From Octopus vulgaris (taxonomy: Eukaryota), in the NCBI GenBank assembly GCA_951406725.2, contig OX597816.1, forward strand, positions 126,976,001 to 127,040,000: a stretch of DNA of 64,000 nucleotides. Reading direction: 5' to 3'. Numbering within the stretch: position 1 is the first letter of the stretch; every line of letters begins with the position of its first letter. The translations under genes and the position numbers were made by a program. The notes under the pieces are model-generated. The model was not told where the DNA came from, made no database searches, and saw nothing but the letters and a program-made list of their open reading frames with translations. Below, in pieces: positions 14,566 through 28,900 of the stretch.

Positions 14566-15163
14566 ACACACACGCAGACACACACACACAATTCTGGATT
14601 TTAAAATAGTATTCTGCAGAACAGAAACCATATTATGAAGATGTCAAAGCCTTTTACTATTTGCTATTAAAATATGCAACAATAGTGATAATGAAACAAT
14701 CACACAACAACCTGAAGGAATTAGCTATTTAAGAAATACTAAATGTTTATGAAAATCTAACATTCATTTAAGAGAGAAGTCTTCAAGATAACAGGAAGTA
14801 ACTAGATAAAGCAGTGCTAGCATTGGTGTAATGAGGCTATTCACTGAAATTTCTATCAATCAGATATTTCCTGCTCAGTGAGGAATTGTATGAACAGATG
14901 AATAGATTACAATCTCGTTTCACAATGAAAGTGAAGAAATAAAACAAGTGTCACTTCTTCATATACTATGAGAAGACAATATGTATGATTATATCTGTCT
15001 GCCGGAAATTCAGTAATATGTACACTCCAGTTATTATCAATCAAAGATTATGCAGATATAGGGTGTTAACTGTATTGATCTGTTGAAGTTTCTTACTTAA
15101 CTCATCTCCAATGTTTTGAATAGTATCTGAAAACATAAGTATTACAATATATGATCCTTGTAA

Positions 15164-15780
15164 GGCGGCGAGCAGGCAGAAATGTTAGCATGCTGGGTGA
15201 AATGCTTAGCGGTATTTCATCTGCCGTTACGTTCTGAGTTCAAATTCCGCCGAAGTCAACTTTGCCTTTCATCCTTTCGGGGTCTATTAAATTAAGTACC
15301 AGTTATGCACTGGGGTCGATATAATCGACTTAATCCGTTTGTCTGTCCTTGTTTGTCCCCTCTGTGTGTAACCCCTTGTGGGTAGTAAAAGAAATAGGTA
15401 TTTCTTCTGCGACTACGTTCTGAGTTCAAATTCTGCCGAGGTTGACTTTGCCTTTCATCCTTTCGAGATCAATTAATAAGTACCAGTTATTCACTGGGGT
15501 CGATATAATCGACTTAATCTGTTTGTCTGTCCTTGGTTGTCCCCTCTGTGTGTAGCCCCTTGTGGGCAGTAAAGAAATAAGGAACGTTAGTACACCGGCT
15601 GAAATGCTTAGCAGTATTCTGTCCGCCTTTACATTCTGAGTTCAAATTCTATAGAGGTCAACTTTGCCTTTCATCCTTTCAGGGTTGATAAATTAAGTAC
15701 CAGTTGCATACTGGAGTTGATCTAATCGACTGGCCCCCTCCTCCAAAATTTCAGGCCTTGTGTCTAGAGTAGAAAAGAAT
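15164..15780 (+). mobile_element. Trimeric (composite) family A SINE
   Basis: Three head-to-tail units (about 15164-15396, 15397-15580, 15581-15780), each with ttctgagttcaaatt...ctttgcctttcatcctttc...aagtaccagtt. Possible decayed TSD aatatatgatcctt / aatatgtgattctt. Confidence 0.9.
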
Positions 15781-16429
15781 ATGTGATTCTTCTTTTACAG
15801 ATTGTAAGTGTGGAAATTTGGCTGCTAAACTGAGCAAGTCAAGCAGCTCAAATATAGAAACATTCTTTAAGTATTCATGAAGTTCACTTCAGGCTTCACT
15901 CCAATTTTACCATTTGAGTTTACTCATTCAGCCATTGTCTTTTTAACAGGTATTTATGCATCCTTTCAATTACTTAGCCATAAATAGAGAGTATGTTTCC
16001 ATAGAGTTGTTAAACTAAGTACTGCAAGAGCTAATAAACCACATATCAGTATTACTATGTTGTTGCTACTTATGTTAGAGAAGATCTGCATAGGGTTGCT
16101 AAATGATTTAACTTGTTAATAGCTGATACAATATATGCAAGTGAGAAGATTCACTGGTTTCTGGCATTCTACAAACTCAAGGCTTATAAATCTTTCCTGT
16201 GGCAGTAACATTAGTGTATACCAACTTACATGACTGAGGCTACAGTAATCTAAATGATTTGCATTGCTTATCTAACAATTTGTGTGTTTGTGTTTGACAT
16301 CATGTTTTGATTAATCTGATCCTTGGTTTTCTTCCAGTTCCTTAGTTCTATATATAAACGTTCAGAACTTCTATAAACTATAGAGATAGGAGGGACAAAA
16401 CATCATATTACCAATGTAGACTCATAACA

Positions 16430-17190
16430 ACAAATGAGCAGACTCATACACAGTCCTCATAACAACGACAGATATAGAGTTACAAATATTACTTAGTGTT
16501 ATTAATGGTAAGATTGAAAAGATGGGTCTGCATTTTAACAGAAAAAAAGAGTGAATGACAATATTAAAAAAAATGCATCAACTTGAAACATAAAAATTAA
16601 TGGAATAACTGGAAAGAGTTCAATAGTTCAGATATTTGGGAACTGTTATTACATTTAATGGGAAAAACATCAAACAAATTAAATCGAAGATTGGACAAGC
16701 TTAGGCTGCTTTTAATGAGATAAAACAGACATTGTCAAATAAACAGCTATCAATAAAAATGCGAAATAGAGTTTTAGTGGGTACATAGAACTCATTGTTA
16801 CATATGCTTGTATAATGTGAAACATTAGAAAACATGTTCCAAAGGTTATCAATGTTGCGGAGATGTGATTTTTAGATGAACACTGAAGATAGCCCATACA
16901 GAGAGAGTGAGACAAGAGAAAGTCCTAAGGTGAGTAGGGATCACCAGAAAGTATCTCAACAACATGAGGAGACAATGGGCTCAGTTTATTGTACAATGTA
17001 TTAAAAGAAAAGCCTTGTGCATTTGATGACAGACAAAAAAACTGAAAGAAAGAAGTCAGAGAAAGGAAAAAGAGGCTTGCTGGTTTCAGAAAGATTACCC
17101 TAATAAAGTGCTAAGCTGTATGTGGGAGATGATGGCATGAAGGTCCATGATTAGTGAGGTCTGTGAGCATGGCACATGAAGAAAGAATAG
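16430..17190 (+). mobile_element. Decayed RTE-clade LINE 3' portion
   Basis: Translates as LERVQ*FRYLGTVIT..G...IKSKIGQA (RT thumb motif) followed by RTE-type C-terminal remnants; ends in gcatggcacatgaagaaagaa. Confidence 0.7.
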
Positions 17191-17209
17191 TTCAGAAAGT
17201 TTAAACTAC

Positions 17210-18061
17210 ATTGAGTCATTTTTTCTTCACCTCTTCCACATTATATTTCTTTATTGCCCACAAGGGGCTAAACATAGAGGGAACAAACAAAGACAGACAA
17301 AGGGATTAAGTCAACTACATCGACCCCAGTGCGCAACTGGTACTTTATTTATCGACCCCGAAAGGATGAAAGGCAAAGTCGACCTCGGCGGTGTTTGTTC
17401 CACATTAGCAAATTCCATACCACCAGCTTTCATCACCTTTGAAAACAGGTCTGTATCAACTTCCAACTGTTCTTTCAGTCTATGACGTGCATTCAGTCAT
17501 GACTGCTTTTGCTCTTCTGTGAGCAAGTAAAACACAAATTTTGCTGTAACACTTTTCCTTCACAATTCCTTGCTCAAAATACGTTGGCAGAAGCTCCAGG
17601 ACACACCAGTCATATCAACAAGTTCATCAATTGTTCATTGACAGTCCTCTGTGATCAATTCAAGTATTTTCGTGATGTTTTCATCATGGCAATTGTCCTG
17701 ATTCTTTGGTCTTCAAGTGACAAATGAGCGTTCCTAAAGCATGAAAACCACTTGTAAATTTGTATTTTACCCATGGCAGCAGCCTTGCAGGCTGTTAGAA
17801 GCATGACGCTGTTTCAGCTGCCATTTTCTCCAGCAGAAAATAGAATTCCGCAGAAGCACAATGTTCCTTCATTTCAGCCATCAAAAAAATTGACAAACAG
17901 GGGAGAAGCGTTGCAAAACAATAATGCACCACATGGCAATACAACTGCAATGGAAGACACTGGTCAGCAGACTGATACTTGAGGGTCACATCAAGTGGCT
18001 TCTAGTGGGGGAACAGGTTTATCCCACAGGAAACGTTTCTGTTTACTTTTGGTACCCCTCA
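17210..18061 (-). mobile_element. Internally deleted, decayed mariner element
   Basis: TIR-like end tgaggggtaccaaaaagtaaac after TA (18062-18063). N-terminus MAEMKEHCASAEFYFLLEKMAAET, a VTAKFV..LL linker motif, and GDESWWYG joined directly to C-terminal FANVEEVKKK. Confidence 0.75.
17244..17397 (-). mobile_element. 5'-truncated family A SINE with 10-bp TSD, inserted in the mariner remnant
   Basis: ttccacatta at 17234-17243 and 17398-17407. Near-consensus core atcgaccccgaaaggatgaaaggcaaagtcgacctcggcgg. Confidence 0.9.
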
Positions 18062-18877
18062 TATGGTAGAATTATAAATGAGGTTGGGATGCTTTTGGAA
18101 AGAATTAAAATGTTGATAATACAGAAAATCAAGGTTTCATTAAGAACAGGTGAGTGAAATTTTGAGAAAATACAGAATGATCTCTAGTTTGCAATTGAAC
18201 GCAGTTCTATGGAGCGATTACTTTTAATTAAAGGTGAAGATTAAGTAACTATTTTGTAGTTTGTGATGTGTTTGTGTATAATGTCACTTCCATGATAGTC
18301 ATAATAATCCCCTAGTCTACCAAATAATGAACACTATAAGCATAGTTAGTTTTTGAACTTGAAAAAAGCAAAACTGTATGAATGAGCCTTTTGATTTATT
18401 ATGATCATGCAACATCAAGAATTTTGGACAGGTTATCACCACTGACCACAAGCAAAAACAAAACTTACTCTCTTCACATTGAAACAGTGAACACATATGA
18501 AGACATAGAGAAATATAAACTTGCTTGTACAAGCACATGCATAAACATACACACAGAAAGATACATGTATAATATATAATATATATATTATCAGTCACTT
18601 TCAGTCACTAGGTATTGATCAATCTGCAGCTATAGTATAGAATGTCAGCTAGCAATGCTCATGCAATGGGACTGAATTCTAAACCACACACACACACACA
18701 TGCACACACACACACATACACACACACACATTTGTATTGTATAAACCTTGATGAGAAGATGTACCAAAATATTTTAAGATACAAACAGTTAACAGTTAAC
18801 CTCAACTTAGAAAGCAAAGTGCTTTATTTTTGCCCCATTTTTAAGATGTATTAAAAATTTAGATATGTATATATATT

Positions 18878-18908
<31 letters not shown>

Positions 18909-19469
18909 ATGTATAGGAATATTTATATTTATATATATATCTATATATTTATATAAACACACACATATATATATATTTTAAAATGTAGAGGTAACACACA
19001 TGTAAGTAGATATTTATGAAAAAGAAGAATGAAAGTGCTACTTTTTAAAAATTTGGTGCATTTAAATTTCCTTATATAAATATATTAAAAAAATGTTTTT
19101 GTTTTACATGTTTCAGCCATTTGTAAACCTTATCAAAAATATGTACTTAAATGAAATATATAGATAAAAAGATTAATGATAAAATAAACATTCATAGTCT
19201 ACTTTTCTTTTTCTGTAAGAGCATGTGGTAATTTCCATTAATTTTCATGGCATTGCTAGTAGTAATTTTAGCTGTTGTCTGTGATGATAAATTAAGTAAT
19301 GTGGTTAAAATTGTTTTCAAAAGGAGTGGTCATAGTAGTCAAATAAGCAGTAGTAGCAATAATAGTCATCGTAAACTTATCTCCCCTGAGGTCTTCACAG
19401 AAATGGATTTATTTAATCTCTTATCTTTATTTCTTGTGAATAATATACATATAGTTTCTGTGTTCCAAG

Positions 19470-20680
19470 CTTAAAGAATTTAAACTTGGTCAATACTTTC
19501 TTATGAAAGGCATTTCCTTGCTAATGCGTTCATTTTGGCTAGCACTGTCTTTGAATTAGTATAATGGAAAAGTTGTAAATTTGGGATATTTATTATATGC
19601 ACGTCTGTCTATGTGTTCGCTAACAGATATTTTCTTGTAATCCATAATTCTAATTTGGGATTTGTGCACAGTCATCCTCTGACGTAGGCTATTTTTTGTG
19701 TGTCCAATATATTGCTGTTTGTACCCTGAGCATGTAATTAAGTAAATCAAATTCTCCCATGCGCATGTAAAGTTAGTTTTAATGGTAAAATTTTGGCCTT
19801 GTTCCAATCGGTATTCTGATCCTTCTATTATGTTGATACAAATCCCACAGTTGAGCCTCCCGCACTTTTTTACTGTTGGCTTTGTGGTTATAGTTAAGTG
19901 TAATTTGGTCTGGGTTAAAATCCACTTCATTGATTTTGACTGTCTTTTACTTTTGATGACTGTTTGTTTGAAGGATTTGATTCATCTTTGGGTCCCTCTT
20001 GAGTAGAGATGTGATATGGAGTATAATGTTTGTATGTGGAGATGTAAGGCAGGGTTTTCATTTTTTCTTCCTTCTTTGGTCTTGGTTGTCTAAGTTCTAG
20101 TGTATTGAATTTAAGGACTTGTTGGATTGTATTGTTGATTAAGGGTTGTGGGTAATTCCTATTGGTGAATGTAGTTTTTAGTTCAGGTGGCAAGAATTAA
20201 ATGTCAAGTACTGTTTTGAGTACATAGGTTTCTAATAGATATCTGTCTCTATTTTGTTCTCGACTTTCTTAATAAGGATATCTAAAAACAGTATTTGTTC
20301 CTGGTTTACTCTATTGTAAATTGGAGGTTCTCATTTATTCTATTTAGAAGTGTTTTGAATTCATTAAGTTTTTCTACACTCTCATTTCAGAGGATGAAGC
20401 AGTCATCGAGATATCTTTTCTAGTTGTTTTGAATGTAGGTTGAAAAGAAGTTTCCATATTTCTCGAGTTTTTTCTGGTATAGTTTAATTTCAAGATAGTC
20501 CTTAACTAGTTTTGCAAAAGAGGGTGCAGTCTGTGTTCCTATTGCTATTCCTGATTTTTGTTGGAAGTAGTCATTATTGGATATAAAATAATTGTTCTCT
20601 AGGATAAATCATAGTCCTTCTATTATGAATTTTTTTTAGATGTGAGAGGGGAGTTCATAGGTGTAGTTGTCTAACCAGAA
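19470..20680 (-). mobile_element. Penelope-like retroelement (RT C-terminal half plus GIY-YIG endonuclease), pseudogenised
   Basis: Minus strand gives DYFQQKSGIAIGTQTAPSFAKL and KRYLDDCFIL (PLE RT), NYPQPLINNTI (thumb), CGRLNCGIC and FTCAWENLIYLITCSGYKQQYIGHTKNSLRQRMTVHKSQI (GIY-YIG), ending RISKEMPFIRKY*PSLN. Frameshifts and stops present. Confidence 0.92.
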
Positions 20681-20871
20681 TAAACATGTTGAAAACATGC
20701 ACTTAGTTAAACTTGGGACTACAGATCAAAATAACCTCCATCCTACACCCTCTTCACAGCAAAATTATCAACTAAGAAATTTACAATAATGTAAGACCCA
20801 CTATTTGTCTTTATTCTCGTTACCAATGTATCCTTATGTCTTTTGCTCTTCTTACCTCTACATATGACTCT

Positions 20872-20925
20872 GCATTCTGATGATGTCTACCGCTACAACT
20901 GGTAAACAGAAACGATTGTAAATAT
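20872..20925 (+). ncRNA. Degenerate type I hammerhead ribozyme-like motif in a putative Penelope pLTR
   Basis: att-CTGATGA-tgtctacc..ggtaaaca-GAAA-cgattg-TA-aat. Stem II has 7/8 pairs; stem III acgattgt is one change from palindromic acgatcgt. Confidence 0.6.
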
Positions 20926-23900
20926 ACTATTACTACTACTTCTCTTTATTAATTAATTAAATTAATGGCTTACTAGCACAAACAACCAACTTCTTCCTGT
21001 TATTTTTCCTCCATTTTCTTCTTGCATATAATTTAAACTATGGTTTACTTGCTGAATTACCTGCTACCATATACCTTTTACCAAGGACTGTATTTACGTA
21101 GATAATCACCAGAGCACCTTTGGATTTAACCATCCCTTAGAGGTTTTAAACATCTCTAACTTATACCTACATACATACACATATATATATACATATATAT
21201 ATTTATTTATATAAATATATATATATATTTGTGTATGTATATATATATATGTATGCTCGTATGCTTATATATATGTACATGCATACATTTGTGTGTGTGT
21301 ATCCCTTTGTTTGGTAAAGGATTTAATAATTTGAGGATGTATGTTATAGCTCTTCAGAATATGAATGAGTGAGGGCTGCAAAAATATCCAGTTTGTAGGA
21401 CTCGCTACTAGATTGAACTGGGATTATGGGAATTTTGATGTGTAATAAGCTATGTTAAGAAACTACGATTAGATATTTTTGCTGTTGAATGATGTTAGTT
21501 TTTTGAATATGGAGACAGTGGAGCATGTCATGATATCAACAAGTTGATATGGTTAAAGTTAGGAAGTTGATTAGTTTCTCAATGGCCAGTAATGCATTTT
21601 CTGTGTAAGAGATATTGCAGAGTTGTGTGATGGAAAGAAAAATAAGTATAGGAGACTTTGTTTTTAAAACCTTCACCTATAGAAAGGTTTGGCTGTGTAG
21701 AATTGTTTAATGTATAATGAAATATTTGATGATTTCTTTGTAAGATAAAAACATCAGCTTATCATAGTATATTACAAAGTATGATGTTTAAGCAGAGTTG
21801 CTGATTATGTTGCTAAGTAAAGCGGTATAGATGTGCAGAGTTGACATATAGATTGGTAGAGTTGACAGAAAGGCAGGCATTCGGTGTGGAATGGTGTTGA
21901 AATACAAGCAGAGTACCAGATAGCTGAAAATGGATTACTTACAAAGAAAAATAAGGAATCTATGTGTTGAAGTAAATAAATGAGAATGCATAGTTCAGGT
22001 TGAGAAGTAAGGAGTAAATATTTCTTCTCTATAATCAGATATAATAAAATATCTGATTATAGAGAGGAAAATTCCCTTTGGATTTAATTTGTGTTATATT
22101 TTCCTCTTTTATTATTACTTGCTTTTTTTTTCAATATATACTGGAATCATGAACCATATCTTGTGGCTTGGGAATTACTTGAACATAGTTTGGAGCCAAT
22201 GAAGAAGCATCTCTGTCTTGTCTCAACCTACTTGAAATAGATTCCAAATCTTCCCCAAATCCTAAATCTTCCACAAATCACACACTGCCACCTTAAAAAT
22301 AGAAGAACACACTGGGTAATGTAGTATAGGGTCCACTATGTTAAGAAAAAAGCAGGATGGTCATGAATGGAATGCCTTTGATCATAGGTCTGCTTAATCT
22401 GGGACAACATGGAGATAACAAATGACAATTATAGTTAGAATACAATGAATACATTGATTTATTTTCATAAGACCGAATAAACTTCATATTTAAATAAAAT
22501 GATAATGAAAAGGAAACCATCAGAGATTTTTGTTGTTGTTTCATATTACAATATTTTAATAATGAAAAGTTATTAAATAGAATTGATATAATTTAATAAC
22601 TTTTTCAGATAAAATTGTCAATTTTACAAATTTTAATTATGTATTATTTTATTACATTTACATTGATATTTCATTCAGATTACACTCAATTATTAGTATT
22701 TATTTAGTAAGATAAGTGTAGACAAATGAATTGAGGTATAGAAATGAATTAATATATACTAATATTAATTTGTTTTAATACTATTTAATATGGCAAGTTC
22801 ACACTCCCACATACACGTGTGCACATGCATGCACACACACCCATGTAAGAGAATATTGAAGTAATTTTATTTCAGTTTAGAATTTATAACAAAGAAATAT
22901 AGAAAAATTGCTGGCTTTGCAAACAGTATAATATTAAAGAGGAGCAGCTCAAATACATTTAAGAAATAGTTATATTTATACAGAATGCCTGCATAACCTT
23001 TTTAAGCCACTAGACTCTTGTTATGATATATTGTGTCAATAACTATTCAATTTTGTAAATAGTGAACTACCTTACCTCATCTGATTTTTCTACTTAACTT
23101 GATTTGAACTTGATTAGATGGCAAATTATTGATTATTCTACTTAAATTGATTAGGTGGCAAACTAAAGAATAAACTATAAAAACATCATACATGTATTAT
23201 GCTAAGGTAGACACTTATATTACATTCAGTGTCGATATTTTTAACAGTCTGTCTGTATACATTTATAACTGGTTTTGCCATTGCAAACCATCACTAGTTT
23301 CCTTGAAGTCTAGCTCGCTTCCTTTACTAAATACATTTATATTTATTATTAGCTTCAAGAGCTTTTCAGTAAATGTTTTTAAAATGTTCCTTTTAGTAAA
23401 TAATATTGCAAAGAAGTAGTTGAATAAACACAGAGTTAAGCCTGCAGAATAGAAACCATACACATTTTTACAGAAAATGTTAAGAGGAAACATCACCTAC
23501 AAATTGCAATTTTAATATCAAATTTTATGTGAACCAATTCTTAATATCTTTATAAATATATGGATTTGACCCAAGTGTGAGATGTTGTAAATAGTCATAA
23601 TGACAACTTTCTAAAGGCAGCTCTTGCTAAGAAAAATCTAGTTCAGATTTATGAATATAACTTTGGAAAGATAGAAATATAATTCAGGTGAATGTTGGCT
23701 AATGTTATTATTCAAGGAATTTCTTTTACCAGCTTGGAAGTTTTAATAGCCATCATTATGATAAAAGTAACTACATTTTGCATTGGAATTACATATATTT
23801 CGATTTTGATTAATCACAATTTACAAAAGTGAAGAGTGAAAATGGTAACAAAAAAGAAAATGATGAATAAATAAATAATATAAAAGCTAAACACACTTCT

Positions 23901-25942
23901 TTGATTATGAATTACATCATGAAAGTCTGATGTCTGTTTTGCTATTTTGAGGCAACGTAAATTTCTCATGACATTGTTAAAAGAAAATCATGCAGATGGA
24001 AGAGGGAACAATGATGGAGGGGTAGAATATGGAGAACTGATACACTGTAATCTGACATTGCAAATATAAATGGTTGAGTGTCCAAAGTTTATGTTTGGAG
24101 CCCTTAACCCCAAGATACCTAAAATTAAGTTTCCCAAAAACCAGCTTTGCTGTAGCAAAGAATCTGTTTACCTGAAACATCCAGTTACTAGATGTTCAAG
24201 CATAAATCAAAACTCAGCCTAGCTGTATCATTGGTGTCCAATTTAAACAGTGCAGGACCAAAAAAAGGTTTCCCTGCTGAATTCCCAATGACTGCATTAG
24301 TCATGAAAGAGAAAATGAGAGAATCCTTGTTAAATCTGCTATGCTATGTGGTCGAATGCTGAAGGCCTATTTTTCCACCTAGCTGAGGATGGCACCACAT
24401 CTGATTGAACTGAAGGCTTTTGTAAAGAGAGAGTGCTTGGAAATGTCTATATAGCATTGATAGCTAATTTGAACTTCACTTACATACCAAACCTGAACTG
24501 CACGAATGTGAATTCCAGAGAGAAATAGTATGAGGTTGATAATGAGCACATTTTCAATTTGTGTCTGCAAGTACACACAGCTGTTATGGTGTAGAAATTC
24601 TCAATAGGCTTAAAAAGACCAAACTTTTGAGTTCAGCGTGATGACATATTCATTTGTAAATAAACACAATGTTTTCTTGGTTAATCGAATAAAATTTTAG
24701 GTCAGTTTTGAAGAATAGATATAGAATTCAAATAATACATATTTGAATATATATCAGTGAAAAGGATTATTCATAACTATAGTAAATTATTATTCATCAC
24801 AAAAATAATAAGAAGAAAGAAATTATGAACAAAGATATCTAAAAACTTTTTGTATTTAGTAGTAATACTCAAAATAAACTTTGTATGAAAGAATAATTTA
24901 AGTATTTTGGCTTCAAGAAAGTGATGAATTTAGTTTCACAGCTTTGAAAAATAACAATTATTTATTCTGCAAATCTGCTTTGTAAAGATATAAAAGTCAC
25001 TATTTTGTATTTCAGGTTTCATATGATATTCATTTATATCATCAGCAATGAGACTGCTTCAAGGGAGTTTTGATAGATAAAGTAGAAGTGATTTAGAAAG
25101 ATGCTGTCGCCAAATTCTTTTCCTATTATTTAAGTAGATAAGAAAAAGAAAATGTTTCTTTCCTGAAATGCATATGATGCTATAAGAAAAAGTATAGTAT
25201 GGATGAAAGAAAGATATAGGTTCAGCTTTCATACTAACAAAAAAAGAATAGAAATAGATTAAAATTTATTAAGAAGGTTTATAAAGATAGGATTAAGTTG
25301 GACCCTAGTAGGTATTTTGTTGTATGAATTTGATTGATGTACTATTTGAAAATCATTTATTAAGAAAATACTAATCACTTAAAATTCATTGATACATATC
25401 AAATGAAAATGACTATTGGGATTTTTGAAGCAGAAGAATGAATTGTGAGGAAAGTTAGCAAAATTAAACTGGAAATAGTTATAACTGAAAGATCATAATA
25501 TTATCTGCATTTAACTAAATTTAAATTTAAACTTTATCATTCAACTTTTATAAAAAATTAATTTAGATTTATAGCTTAGATGAAATTTGAATTTCGAATA
25601 ATATATGAATTAAAATTAGACATTATTACCATTTTTATGAAAGAAAATTTAACTCCTGAAATGATTAAAGGTGTAGTAATCCTAAAACAATTATGTTCTA
25701 TGTGGTTATAAAATATTCAGTAGTTTTATGACTTAACCATTCATACGACAATTAACATCATTTAATTGTAACTGAAGTTAAAAGTTATAAGTTCAATGAT
25801 ATTTTATTTGACTAATTTCTTGGAAACCTTTCAAATTTAGATGAATATTATAAATACAATTTCCAAATGTTTTGTTTTATTGATTTTCCAGTATATTTTA
25901 TATGTATGTGTGTGTGTGTATAAATGTTAAAGGCATAACATG

Positions 25943-25991
<49 letters not shown>

Positions 25992-28900
25992 GTATGTATG
26001 TGCATACATATAGTCAGGCATTTAAGGAAATTAACAAAATCTAATTTCATCAAATTTCATTAAAAAAATGCATTTGTCATAATTTGGTATCAGGTTACTA
26101 TATGAAAATTCCCTGATGTTGCCACTATAGTTAATGACTTATTAACTGAGACAAAAACTTAATAAATATTTCATTCATTATTAGGAGCATATGGGAGTAT
26201 CAACAATTTCTAGAAAAATACCAGTTATTAATGTACATTTTCTTTCAACTCAGTTATTAGAGATGGCATATTTTTACTAAGGAATTCCACATTTACAGCT
26301 CTTAACAAAAACATCATTACAGTTTTATATTTTCCAAGCTTTAGAAGAATTGCTGCAATTTTGCTAAATCTTTAGAAATAATTGCAACCATTGATTCTCT
26401 TCTTTTTTTGCATTAGTTGTAAAAGTATTTTATGTTATGACACACATGGCCAAGTAGTCATTTGACAAAAAATGGTTATAAACAAATTTCACATAAAAGA
26501 GTACCAGCGATCTATGATGGGTTATATTTGATTGATACTGACAATAAAACTATGAATTACTGTGAATTTTAAATAAAAGGAAAATACTCACAAAGGTCCT
26601 ATTTTCAGTATCACTTTTCTTTACTTCTGACTCTTTTTTTAAAGCATTCTGGTCCCTAAGGTCATCAAATATTAATCACTAATATCATAATCACTGAACT
26701 GGCAAAAGACAATAGACTCAGATTTCTGCTGAGATTATTGGGAATCACAGCTCAAAATGTGTCAGACAAGATTCTCTTAAAGATGTGCAGTAATAAAATA
26801 ATGAAGGTTAACTATTTAGAGGAATTTCTGGAATTGTGGAATAAATTCTGTTACTTAGACAACATATTAAATACCATAAGAAAGTACAAGTTAATAAGGA
26901 CAAAAGAGGTCTTTGATTAGAATCTAAGGTTTCAATGCTTTGGCAATTACTGATACATAATAAAGCTTCAGTAAAGACTATTTTAACTATAATAGAACTG
27001 AAGCTGTACTATGGTTTCATATAAATTGCAGGCAGGTGTTATTTGTTAACAAACAATTATATGAAAGTAACTAGTCAACTGAAAATCAAGACAACTAGTC
27101 AACCGCAACTCTTCATTGTTTTGTGGGGTTTTTTAACTTTCAAAGCAAAACAAATTTCTCTTTGAATTTTATTGATCCAAATTATACTTAAATAAATCAC
27201 ATTTCTATTGCATTAACTCACATATGCTAATTTTTATTATATTTTTCATTAATATTCTAACTTAGATATTGATGCTTATAAAAAGTGATGCCATTTCTTG
27301 TGTACATTCAGTGTTACAGGAACTTATTCTAAAGGGATGAGAGAGTCATACGAAATTTATTTCAAATATTATAACTTTGTAATTAACAGGACTTTCTGAA
27401 GTCACATCAAATTACAATCTATTTAATAATATCCTTCATTTAGAATCACGTTTTATTCTGTGATCTATAACTGTATTATTTCTATGCAAGCCTTATAAGA
27501 TAACTACATGTACCTGAATGTATTTCACCATTATACATTCAGAGCTTTATACCTCTACATGAATGATTAAGTGAATAGACTTATTGAATTTATATTTTAG
27601 AACATGTCACATCTGCTCTTGATCTGCTGATAACTTAGTTTTCTGAACATTGGAGTTATCTTGATAAACAATTTTGCTTGTCATTTTTATAAATTTAGCC
27701 ATTTCATATGCAAATTTGAAACTGATCTAAAGTATCAAAAATAGATCTTATTGGTTACAAATTTTCAGATATTATAATGATAAAAAACAAAGGTCTGGAA
27801 TTTCATAAATCGAAAATTGCATATTGATTTTAATAGACTTGTGAAAATTTGAAATATTTTCATCAAAGCTACTCAGTCTTTATTTAATATTATCATAAAA
27901 CTATTAATAAGAGAGTATTTTCCATTAATTAGAGAGTATCTGCTTATATAATCATGATAGGATGTTGAAGTATTTATATTCTAGACTCAAATTTGATAGA
28001 AAGACTTCTAAATATCTGAAATTTCTTATAATTTTAATACATATGTTCATACATATATACACAATATGGTGAAAAAGTAATTTATGTCAGTATAAAGGAA
28101 CTGATTATATTGCCTTTAACTTTTGACATTGAAACAATCCTAATCAAAATGTTGTTGTCTTCTCTAGACAAATACGAAGGAAATGTCTTTTTGAGAGTTC
28201 ATAATTGTAATCAAATGATGAAAGTGAACTAAATCTCACTGTGTGGAATTAATACTGTATACATTTTGACTGGACAGGAGATTGGAATTAGTTATCATAG
28301 GGTGCAGAACTAACAAGAGGAATTTTAGTGGACCTTTTAGCTGAATCAAGACCAGCTTCAGTTTTATAAAAAGGCTTAGGAATATTGCTTGATTGGCTGC
28401 TTAAAAAGAATAAAAAGTTACAAGTAATCAAAATGCTTCAGCTATTGACATTTCAGGGCCAAACATTTACATATGTGCATGCAAGCATATATATATATAT
28501 ATATTCATATGTATGTACATACATATACACACATATATGCATACATAAATGTATGTAAGCATGTATACCTCTTTGTGTAAGCATGTATATATATATATGT
28601 GTGTGTAATAGTGTATGTGTATGTATGCATACATATATGTATATATACACATGTACACACAAGTATATATATATATATGCTTATATACATACATATTCAT
28701 ATGCACACACACACACGCACACACATACACACACACATGCATACATACATTATTTTCTGACCCTGAAGAAGCAGACCAGTCATTTAAATGCATTTAAATG
28801 TGATATGTTTAAGATGTGCATTCATGAGAAGAAATCCTCAATGATGATGAGGTCTCACATTTGATGACCTTGAAAGGTCTCTTTGCATGCCATCTCTGTT

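Noticed and set aside
21330-22010. Possible additional decayed retroelement remnants (also about 31440-32060 and 50790-51530)
   Set aside because: Strand-biased composition suggests old TE coding DNA, but the motifs are too degraded to classify by eye.
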